DNA of 63,193 bases, counting the filler, from Neoconidiobolus thromboides FSU 785 (taxonomy: Eukaryota; Fungi; Entomophthoromycota): NCBI GenBank assembly GCA_025603075.1. It is 6 parts of 6 records of this genome, joined end to end, with 100 filler letters (N's around TTAATTAATTAA, not from the genome) between each part and the next. Parts side by side here need not be neighbours in the genome. Positions count along the whole stretch, not along the records: positions 36,384 to 54,709 come from MU626567.1; positions 54,810 to 60,161 come from MU626754.1; positions 60,262 to 61,659 come from MU626978.1; positions 61,760 to 63,193 come from MU626967.1; 2 more parts are not named here. One strand, given 5' to 3'. The notes under the pieces are model-generated. The model saw only the letters and a list, made by a program, of their open reading frames with translations, was not told the origin of the DNA and did no database searches. This document shows, piece after piece, positions 52,898 through 63,112 of the stretch (position 1 is the first letter of the stretch; each line of letters opens with the position of its first letter). The translations under genes and the position numbers were made by a program.

Positions 52898-53612
52898 TTT
52901 GATAATAATAATAAAAAAGTAATAAGAATCTTTTTGATTTCATCTGTTGACGTTTTTAAATTTTGATTTACGATCTTTCTCAATTATTAATTTGATTTCT
53001 TATTGGTTCTTATCGATTATTTTTCATTCGCCATCTCATTTTTTTCGCTGGTAATCACCAGTTGGATTTAAATAAAAACATGTGAAGCTTCAACTACTAA
53101 GTTGAATAAAATTCGAGTTAAAGCTTCAGTATAGTCAATTCTTTTGGAAACGATAAAGAATTAAAAAAATCTTTTATTAAATCAGTATTAGAGATTTTAA
53201 GCACTTTTTTATAGTCTACAGTAAATAATTGTATATTGTAATTAACTATGGAAATTTTCATTTTCATTTTTATTTAAAGTAGCTTATATATTATGTAAAA
53301 AATTGAAAAAACTATATAGAATTAGTTTTTTATTTTAATGTTTTACTAGTAATTTTAGAAATTTTATATTGCACAATAAATAAATAAAATAAAATAAAAA
53401 ATAATTTTGTATTTTTAAAATTAGTGATAGTTTGCATATATATATTGTAAAAGTTATAGTAAAATAACAATGATTTTAAATTATTTTTATTTAATTTATG
53501 ATAAATTAATATAACTAGTTATATTTTAATAATCAGGGTCTAAGTTATTCACTTTTAAAATACTAAACTTTTAATAAACAGGATCTTGGTATTTTCAAAC
53601 ACAGTAACATAT

Positions 53613-53708
53613 GGGGACGTATTTTTTATTTAAGAACTTTACTAATAATCTTTCCATTCAAATAGCACTTAAAAAAGAAAAAGCGATGAAATCAAAAGGA
53701 ACATTCTC
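53613..53708 (+). mobile_element. MITE copy N
   Basis: ATAT-GGGGACG...CATTCTC-ATAT. Confidence 0.85.
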
Positions 53709-54066
53709 ATATTAATCTATATCTGAATGACTTTCTATAAAATAAAGCTTCAATTTATAAAATTTTACTTGCTAAGGTCTAATACTAATACCTTTTGTTT
53801 AAAATAATCCATGAGTTTTGCTCTAAATTTTAAAAAGCAATGATAAAAAGTAGTTGAAAGATTAAATATAGACTTATTTTAAAAGGAGTGGGCGGCTTAA
53901 AAGTCTGTAGACAACATAAAAGATTATGAAAATAAATAAAAAAGTGAAGATGTTTGAAAGTCAATTATAGATAGTAAACTATTAATATTTAGACTAAAAC
54001 AAAGCCAGCCATATAAAAAGTCGGGAGTAAATTTTGCATACCTATTATTAATTTTTTGCAAAAAAC

Positions 54067-54709
54067 GATGTATTTTTTAGCTATGTACATATTAATATAG
54101 ACTATGTATCAATATTATAAAAAAGTATAGTTTCAAACTTTCAACTTCAGTTTTAACTCAGCTTTGATTTTCAAAATACCTCATTATTTAGAGACAATTG
54201 TCTAATTTTAAAAATAGAATAGTAAAACATTTCTACTACGAAAAGAATAAGTATTTTAATAAGTCATAAATGAAGGAAATACAAAATAACTCAAATTAAG
54301 GTTCATAAATCACTAGCATTTACAATGAGCTATTTTTATTATAAAAATAATGTATAAATAAAGTATTATAAATAAAGTATTATAAATAAAGTATAAAAGA
54401 GAGTTATTCTTGTGTTTATATTTAGCAAGTAACTAATAACAAAGCTAGATTAATATGATCTTCAATAAACCTTAATTTATATTATTTTTGCTAACTTTTG
54501 TTAATTTTTGTTAATTTAAATTAAGTCAATTTTGACTTTATAATTGCAATGCCATTTTATAGGCCAAAACTACTATTTTGGTAAATTTGAAATTAAATTC
54601 AAGCTTAAATTGATTGTAAGTTTGGATTGTTAAAGTAATCCACAAAACTAACAAAGGTTGCTTCAAAAGTTTCTTTACTTTTTTAACAAGATCAATACAG
54701 AATCTTGTT
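54067..54709 (-). repeat. 643-bp inverted repeat, right copy
   Basis: Reverse complement of 36384-37026; ends at the gap on the same base as the left copy. Confidence 0.9.
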
Positions 54710-54809
54710 NNNNNNNNNNNNNNNNNNNNNNNNNNNNNNNNNNNNNNNNNNNNTTAATTAATTAANNNNNNNNNNNNNNNNNNNNNNNNNNNNNNNNNNN
54801 NNNNNNNNN
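54710..54809. other. Artificial contig-join spacer
   Basis: 100-bp N-TTAATTAATTAA-N. Confidence 0.97.
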
Positions 54810-55158
54810 GGATTTCCTGTCATGTGATTCTGAAGGATATTATCTCCTCGTTTTGATATCTATATTTGTTGGAGTATAAAAGAGATTCTACAGCATAGTA
54901 ATTCGAGACTTTTTAACTGAATATTCCCTGGTATCTCATACATCCAATAAAGTCACTAGTTTACTTAATAGTATTTTATGTAGATTCTACATTAGTATTG
55001 TCTATTCTATTTGTCTTACATAGATTATAGTACATTACGTGGTATTCTTTATAATTCAAGTCTATCTTAGTCATACAAACCAAGGCCTTTCGACTTACAG
55101 TATAGTCAACCAGGCAATAGCTGTCTTTAACTCCAATCACTGAGTATCAGATTTCACA
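54810..55158 (-). mobile_element. Solo-LTR-like element, truncated by the gap
   Basis: Ends ATTTCACA at 55158; aligns to 26534-26987. Confidence 0.75.
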
Positions 55159-55477
55159 GAACATAATAAAATTAACAACTCAACTATTAATAATGGGAAA
55201 ACAGAAATAATTTTTTAAAAAGTACAAAAGAAACAAAAATACAAAAAAAATAATAGAAATACAAGGCGTTAAAAAGTATTTACATCTTATTAAACTTAAC
55301 AGTAAACTACATTGTTATCAAGCATCTGATACATAAAAAAAAGCGATATAGTTCCAATTAAAGTTATAGAGTCTACGGAAAATAGAAAAATCAAAAGACC
55401 AACTCCGGCTTACCTTACGAAAATGACAAAATTTAAAGGTTTCAATATTTACTAAGCAAGTAATTGTAATAATAAGT

Positions 55478-55751
55478 AAAAATTATTATTATATTATTTG
55501 TATTATATAAGGATTTTTAGTTATAGTTTTGGGGATAATCACTCCCTCCTATGCAGCTATTTATTAATTTAGTGATATTTCAATAATGTAACTAGCATTA
55601 AAATAATTTATTTGTTTAATAGCAAATCTGTGATGTTGGCTATAAAATAGTCAATAATAAATATTTTTCAATGAGGTTTTATAGGAATATATATTTATTC
55701 ACATACTATAATTTTGATTAATATCAATATATAGGTTATATTAGTAAAAAC
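55478..55751. repeat. ~275-bp dispersed repeat, copy 2
   Basis: Colinear with 27020-27294. Confidence 0.7.
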
Positions 55752-56019
55752 CTTAATAATCTGGGAATTTATATTAAATTTAGTAAAAATTCTGCTAAGT
55801 TGCAATAAATTATGATAAAATAATTTGAAATTTGTTAGATACTTTTGCTTTTTAATAGAATTTATTTTTACAGGATTTTAAGCAAAATTCTTAAAACATA
55901 AATATTTAAAATTGGATAAAAAAATAAGCTAATTCGGACATCCCAATAAAGTTAAATTGAATTTTCAAACCTTTGTAAGACAATTTAAATTTAAATTCAA
56001 AAACAAATTATTAACATAT

Positions 56020-56116
56020 GGGGGAATATTTTTGTGTAAAAATTTTACTAGTGATTTTTCCGTTCAAATAGCGCTTAAAAGATGGAAAAAATAATGAACC
56101 CAAAAAAAATACTCCC
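56020..56116 (+). mobile_element. MITE copy O
   Basis: ATAT-GGGGGAAT...ACTCCC-ATAT; conserved core. Confidence 0.85.
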
Positions 56117-56420
56117 ATATTTTAAATTAATATATTATATATTATATTAATTTGAAAATTATCAAATCTTTAACTATTAAAAATATTTAAACAAATTAAT
56201 CTTAAACTTAAATTTTTTATAAATAACCAGTATAACAAATATAAATATATAATAAATATTTATAGGTTTATTTTTTTTAACTAATACCATCAAAACGTTG
56301 TCGTTGTCTAAGAATATTATTTTAGAACTTCAACTCACTTTTAGCCTTTTAAAAGGCATCATTATCTCTAAATATTTTAATAGAATAGAAATGCAAAAAA
56401 CTTGAACCAATAAAATCAAA

Positions 56421-56551
56421 GAGCTATATTTTTTGTGTTATAAAAATAATATAAGGGAAAATTTATCTTTGTATATAACAATTTTATTAGCAATTTTTGC
56501 ACTTAAATAACACTTAAGATGAAAAAAAGTAATGAAATCAAAAACACCCTC
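56421..56551 (+). mobile_element. Degenerate MITE copy P
   Basis: Core TTTTATTAGCAATTTTTGCACTTAAATAACACTTAAG and right end CACCCTC; left boundary uncertain. Confidence 0.5.
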
Positions 56552-56806
56552 ATAAGTTTAAGTTTACCTTAATTGTTTATATATTTTAAAATTTGAGTGA
56601 TTTTTCCGTTATAAATTTATTATACTTGAATTGCTTAGAAACATACTTAAAATTGAATTATTAAAAAAAACAAATATAATAATTCCAATAACTGTAGAAT
56701 TAAAAATCCTTAGTTTTATATCTCTTAGTTTTATAGTAGTAGTTATTTAATAAGTGTTATAAAAATCACATATATTCTGTATTTTATATAATAAATCATA
56801 ATCTAA

Positions 56807-56896
56807 AGGGATTTTTTAATTATCACTTTTTCCATTTTCAATTGTTATTTAAGTGGAAAAAGTGTTCAATAAAACCCTTAAGCGAAAAAACACCCC
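56807..56896 (-). mobile_element. Degenerate MITE copy Q
   Basis: AGGGAT...TTTTTCCATTTT...AGTGGAAAA...CACCCC. Confidence 0.6.
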
Positions 56897-57268
56897 TATT
56901 TTGTTAGCTTTTAGGATCAAAATATTAATTGTCATCAATTGTTATAAAAAAGTAAGAAGCTTATAAAAGTTGTTTTTACCGATCTGTAAATAGATTTTAA
57001 TCATTAAATATTGATCTTATTGGTTTAATCATACGCAGATCTTCATTTTATATTCTATTAAATGCATCACGCTTTATGCATTATTTGAAAAAAAAAGTTG
57101 AGATCCATATCTTGTTAAAGACCATATTTTATTTCATGTTCCTAATACCAATCATAATAACTAGAGTTAGTAATGGTGCAAATAAACTATCTTTTAGGTC
57201 AAAACTAGATTTTATTACTTAAGTATATGTGGTATTAAGTTTACGCTTTGCTATTTATAACTAAAAAA

Positions 57269-58912
57269 ATGATTAACAAACAACTATCGATTATTCCAAC
57301 AAGGATTAGACCATCTTGTGATCAATGCTATGATATGAAAAGAAAGTGTAATTTGATAATTCCTACTTGTAGTAGATGTAAAGAAAAAAGCTTAAAGTGT
57401 ACAAGGGATAGAAAAGGTAAGCGAAAACCAATAATGTGTGATAATCAAGACTTCCACTCCAAATCTTTTTTACTATTTCAATCGAATAAAGTGAAAAGGG
57501 AAAGAAAAATTGAAGTCACTATAATTTTAAACTATAAATACTTTAATAATCCTAAAATTTCTCCAGGTGGATGTCGGTTTAATTATAATGTTTCAATTGC
57601 CTCTATATTTCCTATCAAATCATTTCATTGTCCTATATTGTTTGATCAAAGTTCTGATTTATTTTATAAAATTGCACCGAATAAATACCTTACTTCATTT
57701 TTTAACAATTTGCCGCCAGTTGAGTCAAAATGCATTGCTACAAAAGATAACAATAATTTCTATTATAATATAATACAACTTATAGCCGTCTATTTCCAAA
57801 ATATTAATATATTACTACCGTTATTTACTTATAATCAATTTCTGAGTAAGAAAAGAGATATTATATTAGTTTATTCCATCATGTTAGTTGCTCTGACCCA
57901 TATTGATGATAGTAGTAAATCATCAAATCTGAAGTTAGCTTTAAGAGATATTATACTAAAGCATTTTAAGCCAGGTGAGTTAAAAATTAACTTAAGTAAT
58001 ATTCAATCGATGGTGGTATTATTCAATGGATTGAAAGGAAGTGATTCAGCGTTACCATCGTATTATTTTTCAAATTTAAACAATTATTGTATGATGTTGG
58101 GTTTGCACTTAAAATATAGCAATGACAATGAAAGAAAGTTGTGTTATTCAGCAGTTGTATTCTTACTCTCTATCGATGATCCCTATTCTAACTTATTATT
58201 CAATACTCATAATTTATGGAAAAATGATATGGTAATATCAACATTAAGTAATAATGAATCAATTGAATCTATAATACAGTTGGTGTTGGTGATTTATTCC
58301 AAGTATTGTTATGACTGTAGTTTATTTCACAAATATTTTTTTGATACCTTATTACATTTCAACACATTAAATATTAAAAATGCAAATGCAGTAAAAATTA
58401 GTCATTTATTGGGAACTTTATTACATTCTATCATTGAACGAGCAATAAGTAAATACAAGGTGATTAAAAAAGCTGCTTCAAACAAGATGTCAGGTGATAT
58501 AATAGATATACTTATTAATCATATCAAAATAGTCTATCACTCTTATAAGGCTGCTTTAAATGTCATTAAATGGTTAGCATTAAATGATGATAAAGATAAG
58601 TTGTTTTCTAAAGATTCTGTAAATGAGAGATCAAAGAGTTTAAAAGATTTAGAAGATTTAGAGGATTTAGAAGCTAACATTCAATCTTTTATTACCCATA
58701 GCTCTAACTTAAAGACAAGATATTTTTCTTCTATTCGGTATTTTTCATTTTTAATAGTTATTAATATTATCTCTTCTCACTCTAAATGGATCAATAATTC
58801 AAACGTTTTATTAAATCGAACATTGATTCAATTTAATAAATTAGCTAGAAACAATGGCACAAAATTGATAAGGGTTATTGAATTCATATTACAGCTTTGT
58901 ACTTCAAAGTAA
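57269..58912 (+). CDS. Zn(II)2Cys6 (GAL4-type) fungal transcription factor
   Basis: CDQC-x6-C-x6-CSRC-x6-C cluster, followed by a middle-homology-like region (YFQNINILLPLF, SNIQSMVVL, MMLGLH). First ATG at 57269; the ORF-track start is a TTG. Confidence 0.88.
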   Translation: MINKQLSIIPTRIRPSCDQCYDMKRKCNLIIPTCSRCKEKSLKCTRDRKGKRKPIMCDNQDFHSKSFLLFQSNKVKRERKIEVTIILNYKYFNNPKISPGGCRFNYNVSIASIFPIKSFHCPILFDQSSDLFYKIAPNKYLTSFFNNLPPVESKCIATKDNNNFYYNIIQLIAVYFQNINILLPLFTYNQFLSKKRDIILVYSIMLVALTHIDDSSKSSNLKLALRDIILKHFKPGELKINLSNIQSMVVLFNGLKGSDSALPSYYFSNLNNYCMMLGLHLKYSNDNERKLCYSAVVFLLSIDDPYSNLLFNTHNLWKNDMVISTLSNNESIESIIQLVLVIYSKYCYDCSLFHKYFFDTLLHFNTLNIKNANAVKISHLLGTLLHSIIERAISKYKVIKKAASNKMSGDIIDILINHIKIVYHSYKAALNVIKWLALNDDKDKLFSKDSVNERSKSLKDLEDLEDLEANIQSFITHSSNLKTRYFSSIRYFSFLIVINIISSHSKWINNSNVLLNRTLIQFNKLARNNGTKLIRVIEFILQLCTSK

Positions 58913-59868
58913 ATTAGTTTTATTATTCTGTATTAACATATTGGTCAATACTTATGAATTATTCACTCATAAATACTAAGCCTTCAATTGTAACCTATGA
59001 AACTGTAACATTAAATCATCTTATTAACATTAAATCGTATACTTTCCTTTTATTCAAGAATAAATACTCAATTTAAAACAATACAGGATGTTATTAAATA
59101 AAGTTAAGAACAATTTTATTAAAAATTTTACGGCTTTTGGTGTTATTTCTTAAGGTAAAAATTCATATATTTATGTAGTAATATCCTAGGTATTTGATGT
59201 TATAAAAAATTTAATATATTATCAGAACTATGGAAATGTGAACAAATCTTAGAAATTTCATCTTACTACCAAGTTGAAATATGAAGCGTCCAAAATTATC
59301 ATGTAGTTAATATAAAGTCAGTATGTAAAACTTTTAAGATAATAAGTTTCTCTAAACCTTGGTGAAATTATCTTTTATTTCGAATTCTAACCACTTGAGT
59401 ATCATAAACAAACGATTCTTATATTGTTTAAATCAAATTCCCCTTTTAGATATTGTTTTAAAAAAAATTGAATTAACGCAAAATTGATTAGAAATTCTGG
59501 TCCAATCGAACAGAATTTTTTTAAAGTATTTGCTACTCAATTAATAAAACTAATTATTTTTATAGTATTTGTATTTAATTTATAATATTAAATAAAATAA
59601 AGTTAGAAAAAGTATATCTTAAGTTTAAATCAGCACATAACATACTCACTTGTTTATTTCTAATCTGTGAGAACATTTTAAGTATTTTATAAACATTGGG
59701 ATTATTTTTCACTTATGTATTTATAAAGCTATTTAAACTATATTGTTCAGTATTTTTTTATATTGTTATTCTAGGTTTTTTTATATTTGTTCCATAATTT
59801 TGAATTTATTAAAATTAGAATAATCAAAACTGAAAATAATTTCGTAGCATGTTGTTTTATTAAAGTTA

Positions 59869-60161
59869 TTATTCGTTAATACCGATAGTTTTACAGATTT
59901 TCAAAGCTTTACCCACATTGATAACACCGTAACCGTATTCATTGTTTGGTATAGATTTATCAGTATCCTTACCACATTTTACTTTAGGAAGGACTGGGGT
60001 AGCAGATTGATGTAATACTTTAGCAATAAGATCTACTTTACGACTTAAATGTGGGCATCCAGCAATAACTAATAAAGCAGCACCAGAAACATGTGGTGAA
60101 GCCATAGAAGTACCTTGTAAAGCAGCGTATTTACCACCTGGAATAGCGGAAGTAATATTAG
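59869..60161 (-). CDS. Subtilisin (S8) serine protease, C-terminal fragment (5' part lost in the gap)
   Basis: Catalytic-Ser motif GTSMASPHVSG; C-terminus CG...IPNNEYGYGVIN. Confidence 0.9.
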
Positions 60162-60261
60162 NNNNNNNNNNNNNNNNNNNNNNNNNNNNNNNNNNNNNNN
60201 NNNNNTTAATTAATTAANNNNNNNNNNNNNNNNNNNNNNNNNNNNNNNNNNNNNNNNNNNN
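60162..60261. other. Artificial contig-join spacer
   Basis: 100-bp N-TTAATTAATTAA-N. Confidence 0.97.
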
Positions 60262-60265
60262 ATAT

Positions 60266-60358
60266 GAGAATGTATTTTTGTATAAGAATTTTACTAGCAA
60301 TTTTTCCGCTCAAATAGTGCTTAAAAGATGGAAAAAGTGAAGTCAAAAAAACATCCTC
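60266..60358 (+). mobile_element. MITE copy R (at a contig start)
   Basis: ATAT-GAGAATG...CATCCTC-ATAT. Confidence 0.85.
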
Positions 60359-61375
60359 ATATATTAAGAAACTTCTGAGTTCAAATAGAGTGATCAAAAT
60401 ACTACATTTCAAAGCAACTCATTTATTAAAAAATGAAATGCAATAAAATAGAGTAGCTTTAACAAAAAAGATTTATTATTATATAGTCAAATATATAATA
60501 AAATACTAATTGTGTGATATAGAAGTTCTAATGAAAGCAACATGGTATTGTTTTTATTGTGTGTTATTTATCTTTTTTTAGGCTAAGAAAGTTATCCCTC
60601 TCAGCTTAATAAAGTGCCCCTTTCTTTCCAAAATAAACAAACACACATACAACATTAGCTGCGTATAAATAAAATTATATTATATACATAAATTAAGGAT
60701 AGGTTGGTCTTAATTAAAGCTACAGAATTCTAGAACAAAGCTTCAATATATTTGACATATAAATTAAGATTATTTAAAAACTTCATCTTTCTAATATATT
60801 GAATTATATCAAGTGATTAAATATAGGTATATATGAAATTAAAATCAGTCTAATATAGATGATAATAGTCATTATAGGAAATGGAGGATATAAAACCATC
60901 ACACCAAACTAATACTAAACATGATGACTTTATAATATAATATAATAATATTATTAATAGATTAAGATTAAGATAAAGAGAATCATTACTAAATAAAAAG
61001 AAGGTTGTTGTAGTTTTTATTAGTTTATTAATAGTCTATGTTAAGATGATGATTAAAAATTCAATTTGTAGCTAATGGGTCGGTAAAAAGGTAATTTCTA
61101 TATAAATCAATAAAGTTTCAATAGCTATTTATAATATAAAACATAAAATGATTATTTATATAAAATTAACTTGATTTATGACTAATTTACGGGAGATAGT
61201 TAAATTAAATGATTTTCATTTAAATTATATAAAATTTATTTAGGTTCTTAAATCAGCATTAGCTGTTTTATAACTTGTGATTGAAATTCAAAATGTATTA
61301 AAATGAAAAAAATCAAAAAATCAAAAAGTATATAAAGAAGATAAAATAGAATCAAAATATTATAAAACAAATTCA

Positions 61376-61410
61376 AAACAAACAAACAAACAAACAAACA
61401 AACAAACAAA
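61376..61410. repeat. (AAAC)n microsatellite upstream of the DOPA-dioxygenase-like ORF
   Basis: About 8 tandem AAAC units. Confidence 0.85.
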
Positions 61411-61438
61411 TATCTTATATATTAACATTATATTCAAT

Positions 61439-61659
61439 ATGATTACTGATTTTACTGGTCCTATTTCTTACTTTGATGCTCATGTTTATTTTAAAAATCA
61501 AACTGAAGCATCAAAAGCACAAGTATTGAGAGAAATGTTATTACGAGAGTTTCATAATATCAGAGCTTATGATTTGAATAACAATGAGAATGGTGAATTC
61601 AAAATACAAATATGTACCAAAAACGAATTTGCAACTTTATTACCTTGGTTAACATTGAA
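61439..61659 (+). CDS. DOPA 4,5-dioxygenase-family-like protein, N-terminal fragment (truncated by the gap)
   Basis: PISYFDAHVYF and EFATLLPWLTL resemble the family's (Y/F)(H/D)xHxYF and F..lvPWL.LN segments. Confidence 0.65.
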
Positions 61660-61759
61660 NNNNNNNNNNNNNNNNNNNNNNNNNNNNNNNNNNNNNNNNN
61701 NNNTTAATTAATTAANNNNNNNNNNNNNNNNNNNNNNNNNNNNNNNNNNNNNNNNNNNN
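61660..61759. other. Artificial contig-join spacer
   Basis: 100-bp N-TTAATTAATTAA-N. Confidence 0.97.
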
Positions 61760-61854
61760 ACATGGGATTGATTTCCTCTGAACTCGAGAACACAACAGCT
61801 TAGGCGATTGTTATGCTATAATTAACCATGGGACTGACAAAGCGATATTTCACA
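61760..61854 (+). mobile_element. Solo-LTR-like element, 3' end
   Basis: GGGATTGAT...AACTCGAGAACACAAC...CTGACAAAGCGATATTTCACA matches 25690-25784. Confidence 0.75.
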
Positions 61855-63112
61855 CTGCTTTGATTCTCGCCAGAAAAATATATATTTAAGCTACTTTTAT
61901 CCAAATCACTGAATTTATAGGAGTCTATAGATTGACTAGTATTGGATATTTCCTCTGAATAGCAGTTTTTTGAACATTTTTGGGATAAAGGTTCTATCCA
62001 TTTACTGTTAGGACTACAGCCGTGGATCACCCTGTAAAGTTCAATACACTTTAAACAAATAATAAAAGCTCTAGGGTTATCAGCTTCTAATTCCAAATGA
62101 ATTTCATCTTTCTTTTTAGTAATTACCATGTTTAAAGTTGGCGATTTGGCGCAAAACTAAATATAGTTAATAATGATTAAAACCAATATAATGATTACAT
62201 TAACGAATAAAGAAACTCCTATGACAGATCCAATGGAAGCTCCAAAGACTAGTAAGGAATACAAGCCTATATCTTTAGCCGTTGTCATTTTGAAATTTTA
62301 CCTAACTTGGGTTTGCGATACAGCACTTATTTATATACTTCTCAATCTTATTTTTTCAAATATATATTCTTTGTGCTTTTCTTTTTAAATTTTAAATAGA
62401 TAGCGTAGTATTTCAATGTATTATTATTTCATAATAAATATCTCTTTCTTTGTTTTGTTCTTATAACATTGATTTTATATTTAGATCCTAGTTTTACTGA
62501 ATAAAACTAATTATTAGTATCAAGTTTTTTATTCTTGTATACATTCATCTATTTTTATCACTATCATCCCCCTATGGCTGATGTATTTTAAATTTTGGCA
62601 AATCCAGGATTTTGCCATATAACTTGTTAGCAATAATTTTGTTCTGGGATAATGCTTATTTAACGTAACTTTTTTTAGTGAATAAGTATTTTATTAAAAA
62701 ATATTGTAATATATACATTTACCTTTACATGTATATATAAAAACAATTCAATATCTTTGGGATCAATCTTTTTCGAAACGAAATATCTTTTATAAACGAA
62801 AAGATTATTGATTACTATGATGTTTTTTGATTCATATCTAACTATAGTTGAAAAGGTTCATTTGTTTAAACACCAAATTCGGAAAATCAATGAAAAAACA
62901 AAAAACTTTGATGTTTCTTTTAATAGAAAAATTTCTAAGTTTAACCTAAAACCACATAGTTACTATCCAAATATTAAAGTGGGGTTGTCTTTTTATTTTT
63001 TAGTTTCTAATTTTTTATAAAATAAGTTGAGGAAAATTAAAGTCCTCGAACAAAGATGCTACAGGTCATTATTTTTAAAGGTAATCTCATTTAAAATGCC
63101 TACTAATGAAGT

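Noticed and set aside
36384-54709. The inverted-repeat-bounded contig as a linear plasmid, Polinton or Starship
   Set aside because: No DNA polymerase B, integrase, tyrosine recombinase or capsid genes; contents are intron-rich nuclear housekeeping genes.
2086-60358. MITE copies as a CRISPR-like or regularly spaced array
   Set aside because: Dispersed, in both orientations, with TIRs and TSDs; no constant-length spacers and no cas genes; eukaryotic context.
26434-61759. Recurrent TTAATTAATTAA palindrome inside N-runs
   Set aside because: Identical 100-bp construct at five sites with stops in all six frames; an artificial contig linker, not biology. ORFs 60206-60412 and the tail of 61439-61711 that cross it are artefacts.
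62173-63020. ORFs 62173-62388 and 62808-63020
   Set aside because: The first has one hydrophobic stretch but no homology I can recognise; the second is an AT-rich chance ORF. Neither is listed as a feature.
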